From positions 974-64,973 of IMG/VR virus record IMGVR_UViG_3300018083_000446: a DNA stretch of 64,000 bases. One strand, written 5' to 3'. Every line of letters begins with the position of its first letter. Within the stretch, counting starts at the first letter, position 1. The stretch is from a virus. Lineage: Duplodnaviria > Caudoviricetes. Below the pieces are notes generated by a model. It did no database searches. It was not told the origin of the DNA and saw only the letters and a program-made list of their open reading frames with translations. Below are positions 46,060-55,985 of the stretch, piece after piece. Position numbers and translations under genes: made by a program.

Positions 46060-46773
46060 ATGGCACTGAACGTAGACGTTGATCCGCGCTATAGTGGGGG
46101 GTACCCCGGTGTGGCTGAAGCTAAGCGCCACAACACCGAGATCGTCCGCATGCTGAGCCTACCACAGAACGAAGCGTATGCTGGTGCCATGATGCAGGAA
46201 GGTATCGAGGTGTTAGGCATCATCACCGGTGAGTCGTACGTAGGTGGTCGCCATTGGCGCGACGCAGACCCGTACGTGCTCCCTAGCTGTAGCGCGCTCC
46301 AGATCGGGAACGAGCCGATGATGGGCCACGGTGCCTCCTTCCCTGAAGGCGGCGCGCCCAACATGATCCAGCTATGGGAGCGTGTACGTACCTACGTGCG
46401 CGTGCGCCAAGGTCGCACGGACCTACCTCTCGTAGGGCCTGGTATCTGGATGCAACGCCCCGAGTTGTGGGCTAGCGTGCGCCCAGACCTCAACGAGTGT
46501 GTAGCAGGCGCTGTGCACGTGTATGAAGGAGCGGGTGATTCGTTCGGTGAGATAGGTTGGCTCGATGGCCAATTAGCAGACTATGCGAGCATAGCACCTG
46601 ATCTTCCGTTGTGGTGCACCGAGTTCACCGCACGTTGGCCCGAATTGTACCCAGTCAAGCGGACCATCAATCGCTATTGTGACATAGCCATATGGGCTCA
46701 CTACGGGCATGGTGTACCAGGCCACGGCTTGGTTGGCACCACTGAGTTCCAACTCCACGCGGTGTCCAAATGA
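46060..46773 (+). CDS. Clan GH-A-like glycoside hydrolase (TIM barrel)
   Basis: QIGNEP acid/base, AVHVY, PLWCTEF nucleophile. Confidence 0.75.
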   Translation: MALNVDVDPRYSGGYPGVAEAKRHNTEIVRMLSLPQNEAYAGAMMQEGIEVLGIITGESYVGGRHWRDADPYVLPSCSALQIGNEPMMGHGASFPEGGAPNMIQLWERVRTYVRVRQGRTDLPLVGPGIWMQRPELWASVRPDLNECVAGAVHVYEGAGDSFGEIGWLDGQLADYASIAPDLPLWCTEFTARWPELYPVKRTINRYCDIAIWAHYGHGVPGHGLVGTTEFQLHAVSK

Positions 46774-47003
46774 TCGTATACATCAAGGACAAGGGTAACG
46801 TCATAGAAATCCGAGAGGAGGAATCACGCGTCAACGTGTGTGCGTATGCCGAAGCTGACTTCGAACGCACTCACATGGAGCGCGAAATCGACCTCAACAG
46901 CATGCACTACTTCTATTCGATTATGTCTAACGCACGCTCGATTGTAGCTGGTGTGGAAGGCCAGATAGAGCGCATGAAAAATTCGTCCGTCAAGCCCACT
47001 TGA
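46770..47003 (+). CDS. Hypothetical protein
   Basis: ATGA overlap. Confidence 0.6.
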   Translation: MIVYIKDKGNVIEIREEESRVNVCAYAEADFERTHMEREIDLNSMHYFYSIMSNARSIVAGVEGQIERMKNSSVKPT

Positions 47004-47031
47004 CACGATCCTAGCTAGTATGCGATACTAG
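47000..47031 (+). promoter_or_regulatory. Promoter TTGACA-N18-GATACT (TGCGATACTAG) for the recombination/replication operon
   Basis: Same -35, spacing and -10 block as the 40469 minus-strand promoter. Confidence 0.65.
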
Positions 47032-47048
47032 TAACTACGGGAGATAGT

Positions 47049-48074
47049 GTGCAATTTTCAGTGACCGAACGCCAGACTGCTAAACGATGCCCTCGCGCCC
47101 ATCGTCTCAGCGCCAAGGGTGGGCAACACCTTGGGCTTATCGTACCACCTGTGTACTTGAGTGTGGGTTCATTGATCCACAAAGGCTCACAGATGTGGTT
47201 GCTAGACTCAGCTCGTACCACTTCGTACGAGGGCCACGTCATGCAGGCTGGCTCGAACCTCATTGAGAGTTCCCGCGCACGCTACCTCCGAAACGTGGGT
47301 GCTACTATCAGCGATGAGGAAGAAGCACCATTGTGGGAAGCGTACGAGTATGCACTCACGATGGCACGCAACTACGAGATTCGTTGGGGTACACCACTCC
47401 CTGAGGGCTATACGCTGATACGCCCTGAACAGCGCGTGGTAGTCCCAGTCCCAGGCACCGAGCACCCATGTGAAGCGTGCAATGGTGATGGGTGTGAATC
47501 GTGCGACGGCACTGGTGTGCAACTCCACCACTTGGATGGACGGTTTGATGGGTTGATTGTGGATCGTGCAGGCCGCATCCACATACTCGAGCACAAGACA
47601 TACAAGTCTCGCCCCAACATTGATGGCCTCAAGACCAACGACCAGTTCCTGGCGTACATGTGGCTCGCCATGCAGCTAGATATCGGTGATGTCGCTGGTG
47701 TGGCGTACGATGGACTGTGGAGGCGTGATACTGTCCCACGTGGGAAGACATTCGAGGACCTGTTCTATCGTGTGACGATCACACGCTCGTTGGCTGAACT
47801 GCGTGAGTTCCAGGCCATGCTGCCCAACGAACTCAACTTCATGTACAACCAGCTGCGCGCTCCCACAGACCCGTGGATCGACCGACGTTGGCAAGGGTGC
47901 TACGACTGTGCGTTCGCTTCCAAGACCTTGAAGAACGGCACCACGCGCACAGGCCTGTGTGACGCAATATCACGAGGGGAGGACACCAAGAGTGTCCGCG
48001 CGCTCTACTACGCCGAACGTGACGACGATGTGGATGAGGCCGCTGAGTTGGACACCGAAGACGCTGCAGCCTAA
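47049..48074 (+). CDS. PD-(D/E)XK exonuclease (RecB/Cas4-like) with inserted zinc finger
   Basis: KRCPR, GSLIH, PEQ, GRFDGLI, ILEHKT, QFLAY, CYDCAF..C; insert CEACNGDGCESCDGTG. Confidence 0.88.
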   Translation: MQFSVTERQTAKRCPRAHRLSAKGGQHLGLIVPPVYLSVGSLIHKGSQMWLLDSARTTSYEGHVMQAGSNLIESSRARYLRNVGATISDEEEAPLWEAYEYALTMARNYEIRWGTPLPEGYTLIRPEQRVVVPVPGTEHPCEACNGDGCESCDGTGVQLHHLDGRFDGLIVDRAGRIHILEHKTYKSRPNIDGLKTNDQFLAYMWLAMQLDIGDVAGVAYDGLWRRDTVPRGKTFEDLFYRVTITRSLAELREFQAMLPNELNFMYNQLRAPTDPWIDRRWQGCYDCAFASKTLKNGTTRTGLCDAISRGEDTKSVRALYYAERDDDVDEAAELDTEDAAA

Positions 48075-48327
48075 GGCTGTACGTCGCATACGTGAAGTCG
48101 ATGAATTCCGTACACCGGAGGAAATAGTGGCACGAACCTGTCGCGTTACCCTTACGACCCCATCTCGAATGGACGCCGGCCTAGTGGTATTCACCTGCAA
48201 CATGCCGGAAGGTCACGAAGGTGACCACACTGAGAAGGGTCGCGTGCGTGACCGTCGCCACCACGTCAAAGGCTATGTGATACGCTGGGCTGAGATTGAA
48301 GAAACTGAGGTATGGCGAACAGAATGA
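48034..48327 (+). CDS. Hypothetical protein
   Basis: C...CNMPEGHEGDH motif; start uncertain. Confidence 0.55.
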   Translation: MRPLSWTPKTLQPKAVRRIREVDEFRTPEEIVARTCRVTLTTPSRMDAGLVVFTCNMPEGHEGDHTEKGRVRDRRHHVKGYVIRWAEIEETEVWRTE

Positions 48328-49157
48328 CTACACTAACACCCGCTAACGCTAAGGAGTTCATGCGTCGCTATGGCGGGATCGAAACACGCTCGGTAGCCGA
48401 CGTGAAGTCGGGTATCAAGATCGGGTTCTTCGGGCCTGGTGGTGGAGGTAAGACCACACTGGTGGGTACGGCTGTGGATTCCGAGTTCGGGTCCCCGATG
48501 CTGTACATCAACGCACGTGGCAACCCCGAAGTCATACGGTCCAAGGGTGATCGTATCCAGGTAGTGGACGTGAAGTCGTACAAAGAGGTCGCTGCGATCC
48601 GGAAGGACCTGTATGCAGACACCGATTGCCCTTTCAAGTCTGTCGCCATCGACACCGTTAGCGAGCTCCTCGCGTTGGACCTCCGAGACCGATATGGTTC
48701 AGGTCCAGTTGAATGGCAAGCTCATTCCGCTAGCACAGCTGATATACTGGGAATGCTGCGCGACTGGGTCGATATGGCTGATTGGGGACCACGCCTCAAC
48801 GTGTTCTTCGTCTTCTGGGATACCCCCGAATCACGTAAGATCAACGGAGAGGACGTAACACGGTTCGAACTCCAGCTGAACAAGGCCCTCCAGGCTCAGG
48901 CACCTGGGTTGGTGAACTGGTTGGGACGTGTGTACGTAGCTGAAGGCGAACCGCGCTACACACGGTGCTTAGACTTCAGGCCTATCGAGAAGTTCCACGT
49001 TGCCAAGCACCAGATCGACCCTGAAGATCCGTTCGCACGACAGATTCCCATGCAGATATTCAACCCCCACCTGGGGCACATTCTTGATACACTGAAAGGG
49101 GGGATCGACTTCCCAGTCAACCAACATCTCCTACGCGCACCTCGTAAGGAGTCGTAG
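48312..49157 (+). CDS. AAA_24/Sak4-like ATPase (recombination)
   Basis: FGPGGGGKTT, VAIDTVSE; sits between the nuclease and SSB genes. Confidence 0.85.
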   Translation: MANRMTTLTPANAKEFMRRYGGIETRSVADVKSGIKIGFFGPGGGGKTTLVGTAVDSEFGSPMLYINARGNPEVIRSKGDRIQVVDVKSYKEVAAIRKDLYADTDCPFKSVAIDTVSELLALDLRDRYGSGPVEWQAHSASTADILGMLRDWVDMADWGPRLNVFFVFWDTPESRKINGEDVTRFELQLNKALQAQAPGLVNWLGRVYVAEGEPRYTRCLDFRPIEKFHVAKHQIDPEDPFARQIPMQIFNPHLGHILDTLKGGIDFPVNQHLLRAPRKES

Positions 49158-49161
49158 CCGT

Positions 49162-49731
49162 ATGGCTAAGCGTAAGTCACCCTTAGACCCGGGGTCTACA
49201 GTACGGGTTCCGCCAAACCAGATAGATCCAACAAGGACAAGTACTAAGATGGGTAGAGTAGCTGATTTCAGTGGCGTTAGCGATTACAAGACGATTGCCG
49301 CAGGCCAGTACGAAGTCGAGGTCGTGTCGTTCGAGTGGAAGGACCCGAAGGGTACTCCTTCTCCCGACAAGGTCAACCCGGCGACTGGCAAGGCGTACCA
49401 ATACGCTAACGTCAAACTGACCGTCACCGACGAGACGGATGACGCTGGTGAGAAGGTCGCTGGCCATGTCCTGTTCGACAAGTTCTCAGAGAGCCCCAAA
49501 TCGCTGTTCGTGTGGAAGCGTGCGGCGATTGCGTTCGGCGAGGACCCCGAACTGTTCGACAACGCCGTTGACCTCGACGTGGTGATCGGCAACATGGTCG
49601 GTCGCCGCGCCATTGCTACCGTGGCTGTGGAAGAGTTCAAGCGCGATGATGGAACGGCCGGGAAGTCCAACAAGATTTCCACGTACGCTTCCGTCGAACA
49701 GCCCACGTCCACTTCGGCTTCGCGCCGCTAA
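49162..49731 (+). CDS. DUF669-like single-stranded DNA-binding protein
   Basis: IAAGQYEVEV...LTV...GHVLFD...VGRRAIATV..E.....SNKI. Confidence 0.75.
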   Translation: MAKRKSPLDPGSTVRVPPNQIDPTRTSTKMGRVADFSGVSDYKTIAAGQYEVEVVSFEWKDPKGTPSPDKVNPATGKAYQYANVKLTVTDETDDAGEKVAGHVLFDKFSESPKSLFVWKRAAIAFGEDPELFDNAVDLDVVIGNMVGRRAIATVAVEEFKRDDGTAGKSNKISTYASVEQPTSTSASRR

Positions 49732-49822
49732 GCGTAGTCCGGACTACGCGAATGGACATGAGGAAAACATAGTGTACAGGCAGGGTTTGAAGACCTGGGA
49801 GCCGAAGGAACTGTAAGACCGC

Positions 49823-50038
49823 ATGTCCACGTTGTTGCGCGAAGGTTTGGAGGCTCGTCTGGTCGCACTCGAGGACCTTCTAACTGAAGGCCTCGGGACG
49901 CCACCAGGCGAGTCTCCGCCTGAAGTGTGCGCGAGTTGCTACGAATTGATTGAACACTGCTACTGTATGGACCCTGTGCAGTGGCCTTTAGCTGCCGTCG
50001 TGTACAAATTGAGGGCAGAGCTATCTATGGATACGTAA
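49823..50038 (+). CDS. Small Cys-containing protein
   Basis: CASC..HCYC; TAATG coupling to the primase. Confidence 0.55.
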   Translation: MSTLLREGLEARLVALEDLLTEGLGTPPGESPPEVCASCYELIEHCYCMDPVQWPLAAVVYKLRAELSMDT

Positions 50039-52461
50039 TGGAGCTCCCCGAGTTCCTAGACCTCGTCGTTACGGCACCCGAGGGCTTCTTTTGCTTCGCG
50101 CATGGCGGACCCACAGCCGGTGGCTGGTGGGAGCGATGGTATCGCTGGCCTCACCAACGCGATGAGATCATTGAAGCCGCGGAACGCGAGAGAGGTACGT
50201 CGAACGTTTACTTCTCTTCGTACCTGTTCCGACAAGCATCGAGCACTAAAACGAACGTCGTCCCAGGAACCCGCACAATCCAGGCCGACCTAGACGAGGC
50301 TAGCCTCGACGATATCCCAATAGAGCCTAGCGTACTGGTTCGCACGTCTCCACGACGCCATCAAGCGTTCTGGATTCTGAAGGACCCGTTGGACCTTGAA
50401 GCCCACGAGATTCTGTCACGCAAGCTCACGTATGCCATCTCGAAGTGTGACCACTCAGGGTGGGCGTTGGGTCGCAAGGTCCGCCTACCTGAGACGTTCA
50501 ACTTCAAGTACCTGGATGGGCCACACCCTGTAGAGGTGGTCCAAGTCTCGCGCAAGGTCTACACGGCCGCCGCGTTCGAGATGCTGCCAGATGCTGCACC
50601 GTCCACCGAAACGGTTGAGATAGACAATTGGCTGGACCTCACCCCCACACTCACCCTAGACATAGGACCACAGGAACTCCTCGAGTCCATCAAGGACAAG
50701 GGGTTGCATCCCAAGGTCTACATGCAATACAACGTCCAAGCGGCCGACCGTTCGGGTGCGATATACTCGTTGATGCAGTACGGCTTTCGTTGTGGGCTAG
50801 ACCGTGATTCAGTATTCTGGTTAGCGAAGCACTCAAAGAACAACAAGTTCGCTGACCTACGCCACAACGGTGATCGTGAGCTAGGGAAGGATGTACTACG
50901 TGCTGAAGCTAGTGTGCGTCGGAGTGGCGCTGACCCACGTGAGGTCATAAACCAACTGCGCCGCTTGACGCCCACCATTGTACGCAAGCAGTCCATCTTC
51001 AAACAGATCGTACAGTTCATGCGCGAACGTGGGCAGTTCCTGCACGCCGTAGACGACACGTTATGGTACGTGAGGCGTGACATAGGCCGACCCATTGTAG
51101 TGGGTGAGCATTCAGACTATCTGGATGCTTTGCTCGACATGGAATACGGCATGAACAAGACGGAGACCGAACACAACTACGCCGCAGCTGGGTTGGTGAA
51201 TTACACGCGCAACCTCACCACCAATTCATTCAAGACATCGTTGTCCTTCTTTGACCAGCCGTCCGACGCCTTGTTACTCCATACCGGTCGCAAAGACGTA
51301 CTGCGTATCACGGCCGGTGCAGTTGACAACGTTGTGGACGGTGCGCATGGTGTGGTTTTCCCTTGGCAGAACAACGTAGAACCGTTTGACATAGGGCCGC
51401 CAGAACCTGCGTGGGCTGAGATGCTGTTCGGCCACTCTGGTGGTCACGATGCGTTGCACAACGTGATCGGCATGGAGCGTGGCGCTGCGTTGGCGTTGCT
51501 AGAGGTGTGGTTGATGTTCCTGTTCTTCAGGAACATAGCGGTGTCACGCCCACTGTTGGCCACGTTCGGCCAGCCAGGCTCTGGCAAGTCCACGTTGTTC
51601 AAGAAGGTGTACGCCTTGATCTATGGGCGGCACAAAGCAATCGAGTCGATTACGAAAGAGGAAAACTTCGACCATGCGGTCGCATCAGATCCGCTTGTTG
51701 TACTTGACAACGTTGATTCCTGGAAGGAGTGGTTGCCTGATCGCTTGGCACTTTCCGCCGGAACATCTGACATCACCAAACGTAAACTCTACTCTGACGC
51801 TGATTCCTTTGTGCTCAAGCGCCAGGCGATGGTTGGAATCACGGCCCATAACCCTCGATTCGGTAGGGAGGATGTGGCCGATAGACTACTTCTGCTTTCA
51901 TATGAAAGGCTCGAGCGATTTGCTCCTGAACAGGCTATCATCGACGTTATTGTCGCTAACCGAAGTAGACTATGGGGAGGTATTGTAGCGGACCTACAAC
52001 GAGTTTTGGCTACGCCTATGCCAGACGAAGGCCCTCAGTTCCGCGTTGAGGACTTCGCTCGCATTGGGTTCTGGATAGCGCGTGCGTTGGGAATCGAGAA
52101 CCAGTTCACAACGGCGATTTCGTCCATACGTGTGGGGCAGCGTGCCTTTACGCTAGACGAGGAACGAATGCTCGTTGACGCACTGAAGTGGGTAGCCGTA
52201 AAGAAGTACCCCATCCAAGACCGTACACCAGGCCAACTGTGGTCGTGGATTGAGGGTGCTCCTAACGTAGACCCCGTAGCGTTCGCGCGAGCCTATCGTA
52301 ATCCCATTGCGTTCGGCAAGAAACTGTTGGTCATGCAAGATTCATTGAAGTCGATGTTCGACATTACGTGGACAGTAGATGTAGAGGCAGGGAAGTTGTG
52401 GACAATCTTACCCAAGGGAGAACTATCCGTCAATGGCACGCAAAGAACTCAAGGTGGCTAG
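50038..52461 (+). CDS. RepB-type primase fused to a P-loop helicase
   Basis: NVYFS..QADLD..PSVLVRTSP.RHQAFW..RLPETFNFKY; GQPGSGKST, VLDNVD, RKLYSD. Confidence 0.85.
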   Translation: MELPEFLDLVVTAPEGFFCFAHGGPTAGGWWERWYRWPHQRDEIIEAAERERGTSNVYFSSYLFRQASSTKTNVVPGTRTIQADLDEASLDDIPIEPSVLVRTSPRRHQAFWILKDPLDLEAHEILSRKLTYAISKCDHSGWALGRKVRLPETFNFKYLDGPHPVEVVQVSRKVYTAAAFEMLPDAAPSTETVEIDNWLDLTPTLTLDIGPQELLESIKDKGLHPKVYMQYNVQAADRSGAIYSLMQYGFRCGLDRDSVFWLAKHSKNNKFADLRHNGDRELGKDVLRAEASVRRSGADPREVINQLRRLTPTIVRKQSIFKQIVQFMRERGQFLHAVDDTLWYVRRDIGRPIVVGEHSDYLDALLDMEYGMNKTETEHNYAAAGLVNYTRNLTTNSFKTSLSFFDQPSDALLLHTGRKDVLRITAGAVDNVVDGAHGVVFPWQNNVEPFDIGPPEPAWAEMLFGHSGGHDALHNVIGMERGAALALLEVWLMFLFFRNIAVSRPLLATFGQPGSGKSTLFKKVYALIYGRHKAIESITKEENFDHAVASDPLVVLDNVDSWKEWLPDRLALSAGTSDITKRKLYSDADSFVLKRQAMVGITAHNPRFGREDVADRLLLLSYERLERFAPEQAIIDVIVANRSRLWGGIVADLQRVLATPMPDEGPQFRVEDFARIGFWIARALGIENQFTTAISSIRVGQRAFTLDEERMLVDALKWVAVKKYPIQDRTPGQLWSWIEGAPNVDPVAFARAYRNPIAFGKKLLVMQDSLKSMFDITWTVDVEAGKLWTILPKGELSVNGTQRTQGG

Positions 52462-52633
52462 CGTCATGGTACGCATGGAGCCTTCGTTGTATGACGCTGT
52501 GGTGCAGTACGTGAACTCGATAAACGATTCGGGCTCCACATGGTTCCGCGAGTTGGCAATCCAGGAGCTGGAACGCCGCGGGATGTTAGGGCCTGATTTG
52601 AAGGACAAACTCGTTGGTGCTCGCTGGTCGTGA
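52433..52633 (+). CDS. Ribbon-helix-helix/CopG-like DNA-binding protein
   Basis: VMVRMEPSLYDAV...STWFRELAIQEL. Confidence 0.7.
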   Translation: MARKELKVASVMVRMEPSLYDAVVQYVNSINDSGSTWFRELAIQELERRGMLGPDLKDKLVGARWS

Positions 52634-52654
52634 GCTTTTCCAAATGGAAAAGGT
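52633..52654. repeat. 22-bp palindromic motif copy 6 (AGCTTTTCCAAATGGAAAAGGT)
   Basis: Overlaps the TGA of the RHH gene. Confidence 0.95.
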
Positions 52655-52688
52655 CACTTTCACCGGTCTGGCGCTTCGCTAGACGCTT

Positions 52689-52898
52689 GTGCCACACATC
52701 GTAACGTTTCCTAAGTGCCAGACGTGCGGGTCTGGCGAAGCACGCACGTGCCCTGTGTGTGCAGAATGGACTTGCTTTGAATGTTTGATTGTAGTAGACG
52801 AGCATGATGATTCAGACTGTGTCCACATCCTCCCCCCACCACTCCCCCCAGGCGGGTGGTCCGATAGCGGGCCCGGAGTGTCACAGAGGGACCTGTAG
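52689..52898 (+). CDS. Small Cys-rich zinc-finger protein
   Basis: CQTC, CPVC, CFEC. Confidence 0.5.
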   Translation: MPHIVTFPKCQTCGSGEARTCPVCAEWTCFECLIVVDEHDDSDCVHILPPPLPPGGWSDSGPGVSQRDL

Positions 52899-55269
52899 AG
52901 GGTATGGTGATCCCAGCTATGGGGTGGTACTGGTAGGGATTGCGCCTGGTGGACGTGAGGTCGATCTAGGTCGGCCGTTCGTGGGTGCATCAGGCCAGTT
53001 CATGGACTCTATGCTCCAGCTTTGTGATTGGCCTCGAGCTAAAACTTACGCTACGAACCTGATATGCTGGTGGAAGAACGATCCGACTGATGAGGAGATT
53101 GCTCGATGCGCGACACGGTTCACGGAAGAGATCCGTTCTATCCAGCCTCGGCTGATAATCTCGTTGGGCCAGATCGTAACGTCACGACTTACGGGCCTGC
53201 CCAGGAAAACCAAGAATATCCTGGGAAGTGTACTATGGTCCGAAGAATTCAATTCCTACGTCCTGACGACGCGCCACCCAGCTGGCGTATTACGTGCCCA
53301 GAGCATGACCATGGCTCAGGACCTAATACGAGACTTCGACAAAATCCCTATGATACTGGAGTGGCCTCGTGACGGCTCGATCGCAACCTTCGACTACGAA
53401 GTGGTTACCGACCCTACACAAGCCCAAGCAATCCTTGACTCTCTCCCCCGTGACGGGCGAACGAACGTCGTCATCGACATCGAAACGAATTCGAAGACAA
53501 CCGACGAGTCCGACACTGACGTTTTCACAGAAGAGCTCCTGCGTGTGGGATTTCGATGGCGTGTGGATGGTGGAAGAGAGTACGTATACACGTTCCGACC
53601 CGGAGCTTGGGCCGACGGACTGCGTTTTCCTGACGGTGTACGATGGCAGTTCCAGTTCGGTGTATACGACACTATGGGGCTATGGCGACACCTTGGACAG
53701 CGCCTACCAATCGCTGAGGACCTCGGTCTCAAGTCATATTGCGTCGACGAACGAGCCGGGCACCACGGCCTTAAAACGCTGGCTCGAGAGTACCAAGGAG
53801 CAGGATGGTACGACGCCCCCCTAGAAAGCCATAAGAAGAATGGCTCAATGCACAAACTGCCGCCAGAGGTGGTCGACAGGTATAACTCAGCCGATGTTGT
53901 GTACACTGGACGAACCGACCCCATTCTCTCTGCGCGTATGGAGCGCGAAGGTACTACTAACCTCTACTACAACATCCTTATCCCAGCGTACAATGTGTAT
54001 CGTGATGCCCAATATCGAGGCATCAACATTGACCATCGAAAGCTTATCCAGCTAGGCTGGGAAACGTGGATGCCTCGATGGATCGGTATGGAACGCGAGA
54101 TGCAGGCGGAAGCCTCCGATCTGGGTTTCAAAGGCGAAATCAACTTAGGTAGCCCGTTGCAGCTGTCCACATTCTTCTTCGAGACGCTGGGCCTCGAACC
54201 AATCAAAATGACTCGAGGCGGTGTGCGAACCGCCCCACGTCCATCGACCGACAAGGAAGTGCTGGAACAGCTAGACCACCCGTTCGCGCGGAAGCTGCGC
54301 ACGTTCCGCACGCTGGACGGTATGATGGACTTCGTGTTCCAAATCCAGAACGAGATCAAACTCGATGGGGCTATCCACCCTTCAGGCCAGTTCCACACCG
54401 CACGCACCGGCCGTAGGACCTACAAGCGTCCACCCATGCAAACCATCCCACAAGCGTACACCGTGGGGGCTGAGTACGCACAGATCGAGGAAATCTTCAT
54501 ACCCCACAACCCCGCTACACATGGGATGCTCAAGGTAGACTACGAACAGATCGAGGCGTGGGTAGGCTGGTTCCTGTCTCAAGACCCAATCATGCTAGAG
54601 CACTTGCTGTCTGGCGATATCCATTCCGCCACGGCTGAACTAGCGTTCAAGATTGACCGAAACGATTACGGCCCGCAATACCGCAAGAACCCTGAATGGG
54701 ACGTGAAGCGACAGGGTGCCAAGAAACTACGATACACGCTGATGTATGGTGGTGGGCCTGACAAGGTAGGTGCACCCCCACCTGTAGGCTTGGGTATCCC
54801 GTACAACGAAGCGTCGTTATTGATACGCAACTTCTGGTCTGGGTATCCTACGTTCACCAGGTGGGCACGCATGATCGAAACGGCAGCACGCAACCAAGGT
54901 GAACTGTGGTCCGAGTTCGGGCGCAAGATGCACTTTCCAGTGATCTTGGACACTGATTCCCTACGCCAGGCTATCAACTTCCCTATCCAGTCCAACGCAT
55001 CGGACCACGTACTCGTAAGCGCTCTCGAGCTGGCTGAAAGCTTGAAGGCCTACAACTCGTTCTTCTTGTTGGACGTGCACGATGCGATCTGGATTGAGTA
55101 CGATCTACGTTACGAACTCGAAGTCACGCGCCTGGTACGTGAGGTAATGGAGCGTCCGAAGATGGCAGGCGGGCCTAACATCGCTGTTGAAATCAAGGTC
55201 GGCCCCAACATACACAACACTCATACCGTAGAACGTGAGTCGCCTTGGGTCTTCAATGCCGTACACTAA
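52804..55269 (+). CDS. polA: Family A DNA polymerase with N-terminal family-4 uracil-DNA-glycosylase-like and 3'-5' exonuclease domains
   Basis: VGIAPG.RE...GRPFVGASG, HPA (UDG); IDIET, YNSAD (exo); ARTGR, VDYEQIE, DIH, RQGAKKLRY..MYG, NFPIQS, VHD; start uncertain. Confidence 0.93.
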   Translation: MMIQTVSTSSPHHSPQAGGPIAGPECHRGTCRGYGDPSYGVVLVGIAPGGREVDLGRPFVGASGQFMDSMLQLCDWPRAKTYATNLICWWKNDPTDEEIARCATRFTEEIRSIQPRLIISLGQIVTSRLTGLPRKTKNILGSVLWSEEFNSYVLTTRHPAGVLRAQSMTMAQDLIRDFDKIPMILEWPRDGSIATFDYEVVTDPTQAQAILDSLPRDGRTNVVIDIETNSKTTDESDTDVFTEELLRVGFRWRVDGGREYVYTFRPGAWADGLRFPDGVRWQFQFGVYDTMGLWRHLGQRLPIAEDLGLKSYCVDERAGHHGLKTLAREYQGAGWYDAPLESHKKNGSMHKLPPEVVDRYNSADVVYTGRTDPILSARMEREGTTNLYYNILIPAYNVYRDAQYRGINIDHRKLIQLGWETWMPRWIGMEREMQAEASDLGFKGEINLGSPLQLSTFFFETLGLEPIKMTRGGVRTAPRPSTDKEVLEQLDHPFARKLRTFRTLDGMMDFVFQIQNEIKLDGAIHPSGQFHTARTGRRTYKRPPMQTIPQAYTVGAEYAQIEEIFIPHNPATHGMLKVDYEQIEAWVGWFLSQDPIMLEHLLSGDIHSATAELAFKIDRNDYGPQYRKNPEWDVKRQGAKKLRYTLMYGGGPDKVGAPPPVGLGIPYNEASLLIRNFWSGYPTFTRWARMIETAARNQGELWSEFGRKMHFPVILDTDSLRQAINFPIQSNASDHVLVSALELAESLKAYNSFFLLDVHDAIWIEYDLRYELEVTRLVREVMERPKMAGGPNIAVEIKVGPNIHNTHTVERESPWVFNAVH

Positions 55270-55804
55270 GACCTCCATCCCACGTAAGCCCACGCCTGCG
55301 GCACGCCCTCGCGTGCGCGAGCCTATGGACGCTAGAAAGCCGACACTGAAGAATGAATCTCTTATCGAACGCGTTACGCAGCGCGCTGCTCCTACACCTG
55401 TCCCAGGAAGAACTGTCCTTGCGATTGACCCTGGCGGCGCTTCAGGCGTCGCCGCTAGATTCCCCGACGGACGATGGCTCACCAACACCCTCACAGATCC
55501 CGCAGACCTCTGGGACCTCTTCACCCCACCCAACACTCCCGACCTTTGCGTGTTCGAAATATTTAGTACCGGAGGACGAGTTGACAAGTACATGATCTAT
55601 ACGATAGAATTGGTGGGTGGGATCAAGGCGGTGTGCTATGCAATGGGAGTGCGAGCGTTCGCACACAGCCCCAAAAAACGGTACCCATGGCTCCAACTAG
55701 CTGAAAGTATGCTCAAGGGCCAAGGCCACACTCGCCACGAAGTCGATGCGCTGGCTCACCTACTGTGCTTCGAGGAACTGAGGCCAGATGCCAGAGCAAC
55801 GTGA
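55256..55804 (+). CDS. RuvC-like Holliday junction resolvase
   Basis: VLAIDPGGASG, CVFE, HEVDALAH. Confidence 0.75.
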   Translation: MPYTKTSIPRKPTPAARPRVREPMDARKPTLKNESLIERVTQRAAPTPVPGRTVLAIDPGGASGVAARFPDGRWLTNTLTDPADLWDLFTPPNTPDLCVFEIFSTGGRVDKYMIYTIELVGGIKAVCYAMGVRAFAHSPKKRYPWLQLAESMLKGQGHTRHEVDALAHLLCFEELRPDARAT

Positions 55805-55985
55805 AACCATAGTCGAACTACTGATAGACGACTATTGGAAAAAGGAGGCCGATGCCGTCATAGACAGAGCCCTGGCTGTGGGGTTCAACCTCGATACTGT
55901 CGCAGCCATCATAGTGCAGAACGGCACTGACATGCTTATCCTACTGACATTCTGGAAGCCCATACTGGAGCAAGAACATGCCTGA
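55788..55985 (+). CDS. Hypothetical protein
   Basis: GAGG RBS; 65 aa. Confidence 0.55.
   Translation: MPEQRETIVELLIDDYWKKEADAVIDRALAVGFNLDTVAAIIVQNGTDMLILLTFWKPILEQEHA

Noticed and set aside
47049-48074. Cas4 as part of a CRISPR system
   Set aside because: Its context (AAA ATPase + SSB) is the standard phage recombination module.
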